From NCBI GenBank assembly GCA_049520195.1, contig JBEKQA010000001.1:1-55049 (forward strand): 55,049 nucleotides of DNA. Reading direction: 5' to 3'. The position numbers and the translations under genes are program-made. The notes beneath the pieces are model-generated. The model ran no database searches, was not told the DNA's origin, and was given only the letters and a program-made list of their open reading frames with translations. Origin of the DNA: Bacteroidales bacterium. GTDB lineage: Bacteria; Bacteroidota; Bacteroidia; Bacteroidales; FEN-979. Positions 18,719 to 27,777 of the stretch are shown here, piece after piece (within the stretch, counting starts at the first letter, position 1; each line of letters begins with the position of its first letter).

Positions 18719-19669
18719 ATGTCAAACGTAATCGTAAAAACAGATTTTAATTTCCCCGGTCAGAGTCATAAATATGTAGGAAAGGTCCGGGACGTTTATA
18801 CCATTGAGGATAAATACCTTATAATGGTCGCCACTGACAGGATATCCGCATTCGACGTGGTATTGCCCAAAGGTATCCCGTATAAGGGACAGGTGTTAAA
18901 TCAAATTGCTTCCCGATTTCTCGATGCTACGTCCGATATATGCCCGAACTGGAAGATAGCTGTTCCCGATCCCATGGTGACTATTGGCAGATTATGCAAG
19001 CCCTATCCAGTTGAGATGATCATACGTGGATACCTTACAGGAAGCTCATGGAGAGCTTATAAAAGTGGTAAAAGGGAGATCTGCGGAGTTCCAATTCCCG
19101 ATGGAATGAAAGAACACCAACGTTTTCCGGAACCAATTGTCACTCCTACCACCAAGGCTGTGGAAGGTCATGATGAAGACATTTCCAAAGAGGAGATCAT
19201 CAGCACAGGCTTGATCTCAAAAGAAGATTATGAGATGCTCGAGAAATATACCATTGCCCTGTTCAAACGTGGCACTGAAATGGCAGCTCAGAAAGGCCTG
19301 ATCCTCGTCGATACTAAATATGAATTCGGCAAAGCAGATGGAAAGATCTATCTGATTGATGAGATCCATACTCCTGACTCTTCACGATACTTTTACAAGG
19401 AAGGCTATGAGGAACGCCAAGCGAAAGGCGAGCAACAAAAGCAACTTTCGAAGGAGTTTGTTCGTGAATGGTTGATGGCAAATGGCTTCCAGGGACAAAC
19501 AGGACAAAAAGTTCCTGAAATGAGCGAATCATGGGTAAACCAGATCTCCGAAAGGTACATTGAACTCTATGAGAACATTATTGGTGAAAAGTTTGTTCGC
19601 TCCGATGTTTCGAATGTTTTAAGCAGAGTAGAATCAAATGTGAGATCATGGATCTCGAGCAATTCGTAA
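18719..19669 (+). CDS. purC: Phosphoribosylaminoimidazole-succinocarboxamide synthase (long form)
   Basis: 316 aa with [27 protein letters not shown] and [10 protein letters not shown] motifs. Confidence 0.95.
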   Translation: MSNVIVKTDFNFPGQSHKYVGKVRDVYTIEDKYLIMVATDRISAFDVVLPKGIPYKGQVLNQIASRFLDATSDICPNWKIAVPDPMVTIGRLCKPYPVEMIIRGYLTGSSWRAYKSGKREICGVPIPDGMKEHQRFPEPIVTPTTKAVEGHDEDISKEEIISTGLISKEDYEMLEKYTIALFKRGTEMAAQKGLILVDTKYEFGKADGKIYLIDEIHTPDSSRYFYKEGYEERQAKGEQQKQLSKEFVREWLMANGFQGQTGQKVPEMSESWVNQISERYIELYENIIGEKFVRSDVSNVLSRVESNVRSWISSNS

Positions 19670-19696
19670 ATTACAGTTCTTTATCCATTTGTCGTA

Positions 19697-20908
19697 ATGA
19701 TACCATTTTCCCCACCCCGGATCGATCAGAGAGTCGTTGACGCCATAAATGAAACATTGCGTTCAGGATGGATAACTACGGGACCGAAAGCGAAGTTATT
19801 TGAGAAGAAACTTACGGACTATGGCGGCCAGCAGGCAACTTTGTGTGTCAGCTCGGCCACTGCAGGTCTTGAATTGATGCTTCGGTGGTTTGGAGTAGGT
19901 CCGGGTGATGAGGTGATCGTACCGGCATATACCTATGCTGCCACAGCCAATGTAGTAGAACATTGCGGCGCCAGGGTTGTCTTTGCAGACTCAGATGAAG
20001 ATTTTCTTATTTCACTGAAAGCCATTGAAGAGGCGATTACATCAAGCACCAAAGTAATTATTCCTGTGGATTTGGCAGGGTTTCCATGTGATTATGATAA
20101 AATTCATGCATTGGTCAACCGGCCGGACATCAGAAAATACTTTCAACCAGCTACCAAAGAGCAGGAAATGCTGAACCGGATCCTGGTTCTTTCAGATGCG
20201 GCCCATTCCGTCGGAGCATGGTACAAAGGCAAGAGATCAGGTAGTCTGAGTGAGGTAACTGTGTTTTCTTTTCATGCTGTAAAAAACCTCACTACAGCAG
20301 AGGGTGGCGCCATTTGCCTGAATCTTCCGGAACCTTTTGACAATGCTTCAATTTACAAATATCTGAATATCATGTCTCTTCACGGTCAATCCAAGGATGC
20401 CCTTGCGAAATCCGAGGCTGGAAGCTGGCGCTATGATATCCTGGAACCCGGGTTCAAATGCAACATGACGGATATCCAAGCTTCTATGGGACTGGTTGAA
20501 CTTGACCGCTATGATGACGACATGCTCGTGAAGAGAAAGAAGATCTTCGATACATATGCAAAAGCTTTTTCCGCTTTTGACTGGGCCCAGGTTCCTGTTT
20601 ATGAAACAGATGACAGGCGATCATCCTACCATGCCTTTCTTTTTAGGATTAAAGTAATTACTGAAAAACAACGGGATAAGATCATCAGTGAGATATTTAT
20701 CCGGGAAGTAGCTGTAAATGTTCACTTTGTGCCCTTACCCATGATGACTTTCTATAAAAATTCCGGTTATGCAATGTCAGATTACCCCATTGCTTTTGAT
20801 GACTATTCAAGAGAAATCAGCCTGCCGGTTTATTATAATCTTACAGATGAGATGGTCATGGCTGTCATTAATGCCGTTGCAGGAGCAGTCAAACAGGTAA
20901 TTGGTTAA
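19697..20908 (+). CDS. DegT/DnrJ/EryC1/StrS family sugar aminotransferase
   Basis: 403 aa. PLP-fold features are CVSSATAGLELML, SDAAHSVGA and SFHAVKNLTTAEGG (Lys in FHAVK). Confidence 0.88.
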   Translation: MIPFSPPRIDQRVVDAINETLRSGWITTGPKAKLFEKKLTDYGGQQATLCVSSATAGLELMLRWFGVGPGDEVIVPAYTYAATANVVEHCGARVVFADSDEDFLISLKAIEEAITSSTKVIIPVDLAGFPCDYDKIHALVNRPDIRKYFQPATKEQEMLNRILVLSDAAHSVGAWYKGKRSGSLSEVTVFSFHAVKNLTTAEGGAICLNLPEPFDNASIYKYLNIMSLHGQSKDALAKSEAGSWRYDILEPGFKCNMTDIQASMGLVELDRYDDDMLVKRKKIFDTYAKAFSAFDWAQVPVYETDDRRSSYHAFLFRIKVITEKQRDKIISEIFIREVAVNVHFVPLPMMTFYKNSGYAMSDYPIAFDDYSREISLPVYYNLTDEMVMAVINAVAGAVKQVIG

Positions 20909-20942
20909 TATACTGAATCCTGAAAAGTTAAATTTAGAAATT

Positions 20943-21530
20943 ATGATCCGGTTTTTTGACCTGGTATTTTCTTTTCTCGGACTCATAATCCTTTTCCCCT
21001 TTTTTCTGATCATCGGTATCGTAATTTTCATTAATTCCAAAGGGGGTATCTTCTTTTTACAGAATAGAGTAGGCAGGAACAACAGGGATTTCCTCCTGAT
21101 CAAATTCAGGACCATGCATATAGGTGCTGATAAACTCGGCGGACTTACCATTGGAAATCATGATCAAAGGATCACATCTGTCGGTTATTTCCTCAGGAAA
21201 CATAAGCTGGATGAGCTTCCACAACTGTTTAATGTTCTAAAAGGTGAAATGAGCATTGTCGGACCAAGGCCGGAATTACGCAAGTATGTCGAACTCTATT
21301 CAGCGGATCAGAAGAAAGTCCTGGATGTAAGACCAGGGATCACAGACATCGCTTCACTTGACTACATAAATGAAAATGAAATACTTGGAACATCTTCGGA
21401 TCCCGAGAAAACTTACATCGAACAAATAATGCCCGCTAAGCTTCTGTTAAATAAGAAATTCCTGGAGAATCGAAGTGCGCGTAATTACTTCAGGATCATT
21501 AAGCTTACACTTAAGAAAATAATCGGTTAA
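20943..21530 (+). CDS. Polyprenyl-phosphate sugar-phosphate transferase (small PglC/WbaP-C-terminal type)
   Basis: From ATG 20943 the N-terminus MIRFFDLVFSFLGLIILFPFFLIIG is the typical re-entrant helix. KFRTM and LDELPQLFNVLKGEMSIVGPRP motifs follow. The TTG start at 20901 in the track is less likely. Confidence 0.88.
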   Translation: MIRFFDLVFSFLGLIILFPFFLIIGIVIFINSKGGIFFLQNRVGRNNRDFLLIKFRTMHIGADKLGGLTIGNHDQRITSVGYFLRKHKLDELPQLFNVLKGEMSIVGPRPELRKYVELYSADQKKVLDVRPGITDIASLDYINENEILGTSSDPEKTYIEQIMPAKLLLNKKFLENRSARNYFRIIKLTLKKIIG

Positions 21531-21562
21531 ACAACGATAATTCGACCAGGCTGTTAAATGCC

Positions 21563-22432
21563 TTATTCGGTCAGTTTTAGCAATTTTTCAAGTTCTTCAA
21601 TTTTTTCGGGATACCCGAGCTGTGTATAGCTGTATATCAGGCTTCCGATAAGCCTTTTTATAATATCGATGTTTGAACAGGGGGAAAAATAAGACCTGTC
21701 CGGATTTATCCTGAGCTGCTGAATAAACAATTCGATTTCCCTTTTGGTAAAAACCGCACCTTTGTTAAAAGGATTAATATAAAAAAGTACATCATCCATT
21801 GTAGGTATGGCACCTGACAGTTCCGAAACATAAGACAGGATAAAGTGCTGCGGAAGGTTGACGCCAAAGACGGGGATATTCAGCTTCCGGGCAATAATTA
21901 TATAAAGAATTCCAAGTGAAAGAGAACTTCCTTTATGTGTTTCCAGGAGGGTATTCAGGTAAATATTCTGTGGGTCGAAGAGGTTAATCTTGTTTCCATC
22001 CAAATTATGGACATGATAAATGATGTGGTTAAGGACCTTGATATTTTCCAGAGCTGTCAGGTTATCATTCAGTTCAAGCCAGGCATCCATTTTCATCTGC
22101 TCTATCTTGATCGTTAGCAATTCTTCACTGATATCAGGATATTGACTACGGGTCACCAGAATATAACCTTTCAGCAAATCAGTAGAAGAAGTACTGATCC
22201 AGTCAGAGAATTCAGAATGAAGTTCTTTCATCTGAATATCTTTGATGATCTCACTGGCACGTTCCTGGATAAAAGTATCAAATGATATCTCCAGTGCCTT
22301 CTCAAGATAAGGAATAGCCTCATTCCCAAAGGAATTGATTCTCTCACGGATCGAATCATAAACCTTTTCATCTGGCTCGTCGAGCAAATGAATCAGAGCA
22401 TTTAATTCTTTATTTTCTAATGAAGCAACCAT
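21563..22432 (-). CDS. Transglutaminase-like / SirB1-type family protein with TPR-like C-terminus
   Basis: 289 aa. The core GSSLSLGILYIIIARKLNIPVFGVNLPQHFILSY resembles the Transglut_core2/SirB1 family. Confidence 0.6.
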   Translation of the reverse strand: MVASLENKELNALIHLLDEPDEKVYDSIRERINSFGNEAIPYLEKALEISFDTFIQERASEIIKDIQMKELHSEFSDWISTSSTDLLKGYILVTRSQYPDISEELLTIKIEQMKMDAWLELNDNLTALENIKVLNHIIYHVHNLDGNKINLFDPQNIYLNTLLETHKGSSLSLGILYIIIARKLNIPVFGVNLPQHFILSYVSELSGAIPTMDDVLFYINPFNKGAVFTKREIELFIQQLRINPDRSYFSPCSNIDIIKRLIGSLIYSYTQLGYPEKIEELEKLLKLTE

Positions 22433-22453
22433 TGTCTATTTCATTCTTTCAAT

Positions 22454-22475
22454 TTAATCCGGAAATCCGGATTAA
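22454..22475. promoter_or_regulatory. Perfect 10+10 bp inverted repeat (TTAATCCGGA-AA-TCCGGATTAA)
   Basis: Read directly. It lies 22 nt upstream of the minus-strand ATG at 22432 and downstream of a minus-strand TAatTTTG box (complement 22500-22507), so it falls in the predicted 5' leader. Confidence 0.5.
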
Positions 22476-22554
22476 AAATAAGCGGATCATTTATCTGCAC
22501 AAAATTACGAATAATATCGGCTAAATAGATGGATGATCTGGTCAAGCATTTCCG

Positions 22555-22562
22555 TAAATTTG
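22555..22562 (+). promoter_or_regulatory. -7 box (TAaaTTTG) abutting the cinA start codon
   Basis: TAAATTTG ends 4 nt before ATG 22567. Confidence 0.4.
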
Positions 22563-22566
22563 CCAA

Positions 22567-23832
22567 ATGCAAACAGAAATAATCAACATAGGCGATGAAC
22601 TACTTATAGGCCAGGTTATCAATACGAATGCTTCCTGGATGGCAGAGCAACTTAATCTGGCCGGATTTCCGGTTTACCGGATTACAGTTATCCCTGATGA
22701 TCCTCAAAACATCCTTGATGCATTGACAGAATCAGGCCAGAGATCAGATCTTGTCCTGCTTACCGGTGGACTGGGACCCACGAAGGATGATCTCACCAAA
22801 GAGACACTTTGTAAATATTTCCGGACAAAACTTATTTTTGACCCCATCACCTTTAAGACTATTGAAAATTTCTTTTCAGCACGCGGCCTTACTGTAACCG
22901 AAGTCAATAAAAAGCAGGCCGAGATCCCTGAAAATTGTATCAGAATCCATAATTCAAATGGAACAGCCCCGGGAATGTGGTTTGAAGAGGAGTCATTGAA
23001 TAATGGCAAAAAGCATGTTTTTATTTCGATGCCTGGAGTTCCGTTTGAGATGAAGACCATGATGATCAATGAGATAATCCCGAGAATAAAACAATATTTT
23101 CAACCGGTTATCGTCCTTCACAGTACCCTCCTGACCCAGGGATTGGGGGAATCATTTTTATCAGATATGCTTGATGACTGGGAAACTCACTTACCGGGAA
23201 ACCTTCATCTGGCCTATCTTCCACAGCCCGGTATCGTCAGACTCAGACTTTCAGGCCAGGGAAATAATGAATCTCATCTTCAGCGTCAGATGGATGAAGA
23301 AATTACAAAGCTGAGATCCCTTATCAAAGACTATATTTTTGGAGAAGGAGATGAAACAATGGAAGGTGTTGTGGCTAAACTTTTGAAGGAGAAGCATCTT
23401 ACAGTAGCGACAGCAGAGAGTTGCACCGGGGGTTATATTTCCCACCTTCTCACAAGTATACCCGGAAGCTCAGAATATTTTACCGGAAGTATTGTCGCAT
23501 ATTCCAATGAAATCAAGATAAAAGAATTGGGCGTTAAAGAGCAAACCCTATTGGACTATGGTGCTGTTAGTGAAGAAGTTGTAAAGCAAATGGCACTCAG
23601 TATCAAAGATCATTTCAGAACAGATTATTCTATTGCAGTTTCCGGAATTGCCGGACCGGATGGTGGCACGGCAGACAAACCCGTAGGTTTGGTCTGGATC
23701 GCAATTGCCGGACCATCAGGTGTTATTGCAAATAAATACTTTTTCGGGGATAACCGGGAACGCAATATACGGCGTACTGCATTACAAGCTTTAAATATCT
23801 TGAGAAAGGTCGTTTCAGTTATTGAGTTTTAG
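22567..23832 (+). CDS. cinA: CinA family protein (MoCF-binding domain + nicotinamide-nucleotide amidohydrolase PncC domain)
   Basis: 421 aa with MQTEIINIGDELLIGQVINTNASWMA, GGLGPTKDDLTKE, and the C-terminal ATAESCTGG and VSGIAGPDGG motifs. Confidence 0.93.
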   Translation: MQTEIINIGDELLIGQVINTNASWMAEQLNLAGFPVYRITVIPDDPQNILDALTESGQRSDLVLLTGGLGPTKDDLTKETLCKYFRTKLIFDPITFKTIENFFSARGLTVTEVNKKQAEIPENCIRIHNSNGTAPGMWFEEESLNNGKKHVFISMPGVPFEMKTMMINEIIPRIKQYFQPVIVLHSTLLTQGLGESFLSDMLDDWETHLPGNLHLAYLPQPGIVRLRLSGQGNNESHLQRQMDEEITKLRSLIKDYIFGEGDETMEGVVAKLLKEKHLTVATAESCTGGYISHLLTSIPGSSEYFTGSIVAYSNEIKIKELGVKEQTLLDYGAVSEEVVKQMALSIKDHFRTDYSIAVSGIAGPDGGTADKPVGLVWIAIAGPSGVIANKYFFGDNRERNIRRTALQALNILRKVVSVIEF

Positions 23833-23870
23833 TTTTGGAATTTAGGATTGAGACTTTAGTAATAATTTAC

Positions 23871-24120
23871 AAGTGACAAAGTGACAGGAGAGAAATCACC
23901 AAGATAGCAAAGGAAAAGACTCATTGGGTTTTTGTATAAGACATTTATTATATGCTAGTTAACTTTCAAATTCGGATGTTTAAAGCATTATTTTTTTCAA
24001 TTTTTCTAAGAAAATTCAGTTTGAGCGAAGGTTGACCGAATGTGAAGCGAATGTGAAGCGAATGTCAACCTAAGGTTTGGAGAAACCAAATCACATCAAA
24101 GAGTGACAAAATGACCGAGT
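23871..24120. repeat. Intergenic short-tandem-repeat mosaic (island 2)
   Basis: 8-bp units at 23871-23918: AAGTGACA AAGTGACA GGAGAGAA ATCACCAA GATAGCAA AGGAAAAG. 11-bp units at 24026-24080: CGAAGGTTGAC CGAATGTGAAG CGAATGTGAAG CGAATGTCAAC CTAAGGTTTGG. AGTGACAAAATGACCGAG at 24102-24119. Confidence 0.9.
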
Positions 24121-24159
24121 AAAAAATTGCCTTAGGATTAAACTAAAAACATTTTTCTC

Positions 24160-24190
24160 TTTGTAAATTCAAATATTATCCCGAATTTTG
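24160..24190 (+). promoter_or_regulatory. rpmB promoter: TTTG (-33) N19 GAatTTTG (-7)
   Basis: TTTG at 24160-24163 and GAATTTTG at 24183-24190, 35 nt upstream of the ATG. The spacing fits the Bacteroides consensus; there is one mismatch in the -7 box. Confidence 0.45.
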
Positions 24191-24225
24191 CACTCCGTTT
24201 TAAAAAGCATTATAAAATATACGTC

Positions 24226-24462
24226 ATGTCAAGAGTTTGCCAAATAACCGGTAAAGCAGTAATGGGAGGAAACAGTGTTTCCCATTCCAACATTAAGACC
24301 AAAAGAAAATTTCACCCCAACCTGCAGACAAAGAAATTTTATATTCCTGAGGAAGATAAATTCATAACGCTTAAGGTTTCAGCCAATGGAATCCGTACTA
24401 TCAATAAAAAAGGAATATCCGCCTGCTTAAAAGAAGCCCGCGAAAAAGGTTATCTTAAATAA
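24226..24462 (+). CDS. rpmB: 50S ribosomal protein L28
   Basis: 78 aa. [34 protein letters not shown] is the canonical L28 sequence. Confidence 0.97.
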   Translation: MSRVCQITGKAVMGGNSVSHSNIKTKRKFHPNLQTKKFYIPEEDKFITLKVSANGIRTINKKGISACLKEAREKGYLK

Positions 24463-24485
24463 TAGCCTGAAGATCAGGAATAAGG

Positions 24486-24518
24486 AATGCTGTCAATAGA
24501 TTGACAGCATTTTTTTTA
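24486..24518 (+). terminator. Rho-independent terminator of rpmB
   Basis: AATGCTGTCAA-TAGA-TTGACAGCATT is a perfect 11-bp stem followed by a run of T, 24 nt after the stop codon. Confidence 0.85.
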
Positions 24519-24601
24519 TCATTTGGAGAAGAAATAAAAACTGCGTATTTTCGTTTTTTTTACCGATATCTTAAAGCGTTACCACCTGAAATATCTGCTA
24601 A

Positions 24602-25264
24602 ATGAAGAAAACAACTACAGCAAACCTGATACTGCTTCTATTATTACTTGCACCCATTGTGCTGAAAGCGCAGGAAGATAACAGTAATCTCGTGCAGTTT
24701 TCCGGAGTAACCATCACTTCTGACAGCCTTACCGCTGTTCCTTATACCAAGGTAATCATCCGGAATACAAATCGTGGAACTACAACTGACGTTTTGGGAT
24801 ATTTTTCTTTCGTAGCTCATAAAAATGATACCATCCTGTTTAATGCAATGGGATTCAAGCCTGCTTCATTCATCATTCCGGATACCATCACAAAATCCAG
24901 GTACTCTCTTATCCAGCTAATGACAGGCGATACTTTGACACTCCAGGCAGCTTACGTATTCCCCTGGCCAACATTGGAAGATTTCAAGCGGGCTTTTGTC
25001 AATACAAAAGTTCCGGACGATGATCTTGAACGTGCAAGAAAAAATCTTGATGGCGATCAAATCATGATGAGGGTCAGGGATTACCCGATGGATGCAAGTA
25101 TGAACTACAACAACTACATTGAAAACCAGACAAGTAAATTATATTATTTCGGTCAACAACAACCATTCAATATTTTTAATCCGTTTGCCTGGGCAAAATT
25201 CATTAAAGCCTGGAAGGATGGTGACTTCAAAAGGAAAAAACCGAAATCGACTTCCAACGAGTAA
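24602..25264 (+). CDS. Carboxypeptidase-regulatory-like domain protein (secreted)
   Basis: 220 aa with a signal peptide, then VQFSGVTITSDSLTAVPYTKVIIRNTNRGTTTDVLGYFSFVA, typical of the CarboxypepD_reg fold. Confidence 0.65.
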   Translation: MKKTTTANLILLLLLLAPIVLKAQEDNSNLVQFSGVTITSDSLTAVPYTKVIIRNTNRGTTTDVLGYFSFVAHKNDTILFNAMGFKPASFIIPDTITKSRYSLIQLMTGDTLTLQAAYVFPWPTLEDFKRAFVNTKVPDDDLERARKNLDGDQIMMRVRDYPMDASMNYNNYIENQTSKLYYFGQQQPFNIFNPFAWAKFIKAWKDGDFKRKKPKSTSNE

Positions 25265-25272
25265 CCCGTCAT

Positions 25273-27705
25273 TTGAGAAAGATACTGATCTATATATTCA
25301 CCTGCTTTTTCTGGCTGCTTATTTTAAATGTTTCAGCCCAGCAAACTGCTTTGATTTTTGGAAAGGTGACAAATGATGTTAAACAAGGGATTATAAATGC
25401 CAATATTACCCTTTCCGGACTGTCGGGAGGCACAACGACGGATAAAAACGGGGAATTTGAATTACAGGTGCCCGCAGGAAAGAAAATAGCTGTAACGATC
25501 ACATACATTGGCTTCGTAACTGATACGATTGATCTTTTTTTACAGCCCGGAGAAAGGAAAGAGATCCATTTGACATTAACCGCGGCATCTACATCTTTAC
25601 CGGCTATAGATGTGAGTGGCAGGCAAGTACGGACCAATACTTTCAACCGTATTGATACAAAAACGATCACATTGATCCCATCTGCTAATGCCGGAATTGA
25701 GGACCTGATCAAGACCATGCCGGGAGTTTCTTCCCATAATGAATTGAGTTCTACCTATTCCGTCAGAGGAGGGAACTATGATGAAAACCTGGTGTTTGTC
25801 GACGATATTGAAGTATATCGTCCTTTTCTGATACGGTCAGGTCAGCAGGAAGGACTTAGTTTTCTTAACCCTGATCTCGTTTCCTCCATTTTGTTTTCGG
25901 CAGGAGGTTTTGATGCACGGTTCGGTGATAAAATGTCATCGGTGCTGGATATAAAATATAAACGACCTACCTCATTTGCCGGTTCATTCGACATCAGCCT
26001 GCTGGGTGCGAACGCCCACCTTGAAGGCGTAATTGCTAAAAAGCTCACATTTCTTGTTGGTGCAAGATACAAATCTAATTCCTATTTCCTTAAAGGATTG
26101 GATACCAAGGGTGACTACAAACCTAAATTCTATGATCTACAAGCACTTCTTAATTATGAAGTCAACAGTAAATGGGAGATTTCTGCTTTTGGTACTTATT
26201 CAAATAATTCATATAAGCTGATCCCACAATCCCAGCAGACCAGTTTTGGATCAATAGGCGATTTATACAGATTCTCGGTGTTTTTTGACGGACAGGAAGT
26301 TGATACCTACCAAAGTTGGCTGGGAGCAGTTACCGCAACTTATAAGCCAAATCAAAACCTGAGGTTAAAATTTACTGCATCTGCCTATCAAACCTTTGAA
26401 GATGAGAACTATGACATCTCTGCTGAATATTGGATCAGTCAGATTGAATCAAATCCGGCCAGCAGTGGTCTGGGGCAGGTAACCCAGGCTCTTGGGGTCG
26501 GTGATTATCTGGATCATGCAAGGAATTCTTTTGACGGTACAGTCGTTGATCTTGAGCACAGGGGAACCTATGAAGGGAGTAACAATCTGGTGCAGTGGGG
26601 AGTAAAATATCAGCATGAGACCTATCATTACAGTGTTAATGAGTGGCAGATGCAGGATTCAGCAGGCTATTCCTTACCTCATCCAGCCGATTCGGTCGGA
26701 TCAATAAATCCGCCACATGACTCCCTTCTGCTAAACAATGCTATTAAAAATAAGAGCCAGGAAACTTCAGACCGGGTTTCAGCATTTCTCCAAGACACAT
26801 GGGCTTTCAGAAATGATAAAAACGATATTACTTTAACGGCAGGATTACGTTCTATTTACTGGGATTTTAACCATCAATTCCTGCTGGATCCAAGGATCAA
26901 TATTTCCCTGGCTCCTCATTGGACAACAGATGTTGTTTTTCGTCTTTCAGGTGGATATTATTCCCAACCACCCACCTTCCGTGAACTTATAAATCTTGAA
27001 GGTGAAATAGTTCCCGGTTTGAAAGCGCAAAGAGCAATCCAGGTTGTTGCCGGCAGTGATCTCTATTTTAAAGCTTGGGAAAGGCCCTTTAAATTTACTG
27101 GAGAAGCTTACTATAAGTACATTACCGATCTTATCCCCTATACTATTGATAATCTGAAAATTAACTATTATGGGACAAATAATGCCTTCGGATACGCAAC
27201 GGGTGTTGATCTGAGGGTAAACGGTGAATTTGTAAAAGGAGTCGAAAGCTGGGCCAGTCTTTCAATAATGAAGACAGAAGAGAATATAAGTGGAACCTGG
27301 GTCCCGAGACCTACTGACCAGCGGGTAAATCTTAGCATTTTCTTCCAGGATTATATTCCTCATTATCCTTCCTGGAGAATGAACCTGACCCTATTCTATG
27401 GGACAGGACTTCCTTTCGGTGCTCCCAGTACACCATTAACGCAACAGACACTCCGGCTGCCTCCATACAGACGAGTCGATATTGGTCTTTCAAAACAAAT
27501 TATCGGAGAGCACACCAAGTTCTCGCCAAAGAACCCTTTCCGTGTATTTCACTCGATGTGGATTTCTCTGGAGGTATTTAATTTATTGCAGATCAGCAAT
27601 ACTGTTTCTTATTTATGGATTACGGATATCAATAACCAACAGTATGCCGTTCCGAATTATCTGACGCCACGTCAATTCAATGTTAAACTACAAACCACAT
27701 TCTAA
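25273..27705 (+). CDS. TonB-dependent receptor with N-terminal carboxypeptidase-regulatory-like domain
   Basis: 810 aa. It has a signal peptide, a CarbopepD_reg region (IFGKVTNDV...NANITLSG...TTTDKNGEFELQV), a plug (GGNYDENLVFVDDIEVY) and a beta-barrel ending in an aromatic residue (LQTTF). The start is TTG with no nearby in-frame ATG. Confidence 0.85.
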   Translation: MRKILIYIFTCFFWLLILNVSAQQTALIFGKVTNDVKQGIINANITLSGLSGGTTTDKNGEFELQVPAGKKIAVTITYIGFVTDTIDLFLQPGERKEIHLTLTAASTSLPAIDVSGRQVRTNTFNRIDTKTITLIPSANAGIEDLIKTMPGVSSHNELSSTYSVRGGNYDENLVFVDDIEVYRPFLIRSGQQEGLSFLNPDLVSSILFSAGGFDARFGDKMSSVLDIKYKRPTSFAGSFDISLLGANAHLEGVIAKKLTFLVGARYKSNSYFLKGLDTKGDYKPKFYDLQALLNYEVNSKWEISAFGTYSNNSYKLIPQSQQTSFGSIGDLYRFSVFFDGQEVDTYQSWLGAVTATYKPNQNLRLKFTASAYQTFEDENYDISAEYWISQIESNPASSGLGQVTQALGVGDYLDHARNSFDGTVVDLEHRGTYEGSNNLVQWGVKYQHETYHYSVNEWQMQDSAGYSLPHPADSVGSINPPHDSLLLNNAIKNKSQETSDRVSAFLQDTWAFRNDKNDITLTAGLRSIYWDFNHQFLLDPRINISLAPHWTTDVVFRLSGGYYSQPPTFRELINLEGEIVPGLKAQRAIQVVAGSDLYFKAWERPFKFTGEAYYKYITDLIPYTIDNLKINYYGTNNAFGYATGVDLRVNGEFVKGVESWASLSIMKTEENISGTWVPRPTDQRVNLSIFFQDYIPHYPSWRMNLTLFYGTGLPFGAPSTPLTQQTLRLPPYRRVDIGLSKQIIGEHTKFSPKNPFRVFHSMWISLEVFNLLQISNTVSYLWITDINNQQYAVPNYLTPRQFNVKLQTTF

Positions 27706-27715
27706 AGAAAAAGAA

Positions 27716-27759
27716 ACTGCAACAGAATAATTTCTATTCAGATTTTATTCTGTTGCAGT
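27716..27759. terminator. Bidirectional terminator between convergent TBDR and rocD genes
   Basis: ACTGCAACAGAATAA and TTATTCTGTTGCAGT are perfect 15-bp arms around a 14-nt loop. The hairpin is A-rich upstream and T-containing downstream. Confidence 0.7.
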
Positions 27760-27777
27760 CTATTGATTTTCAATAAT

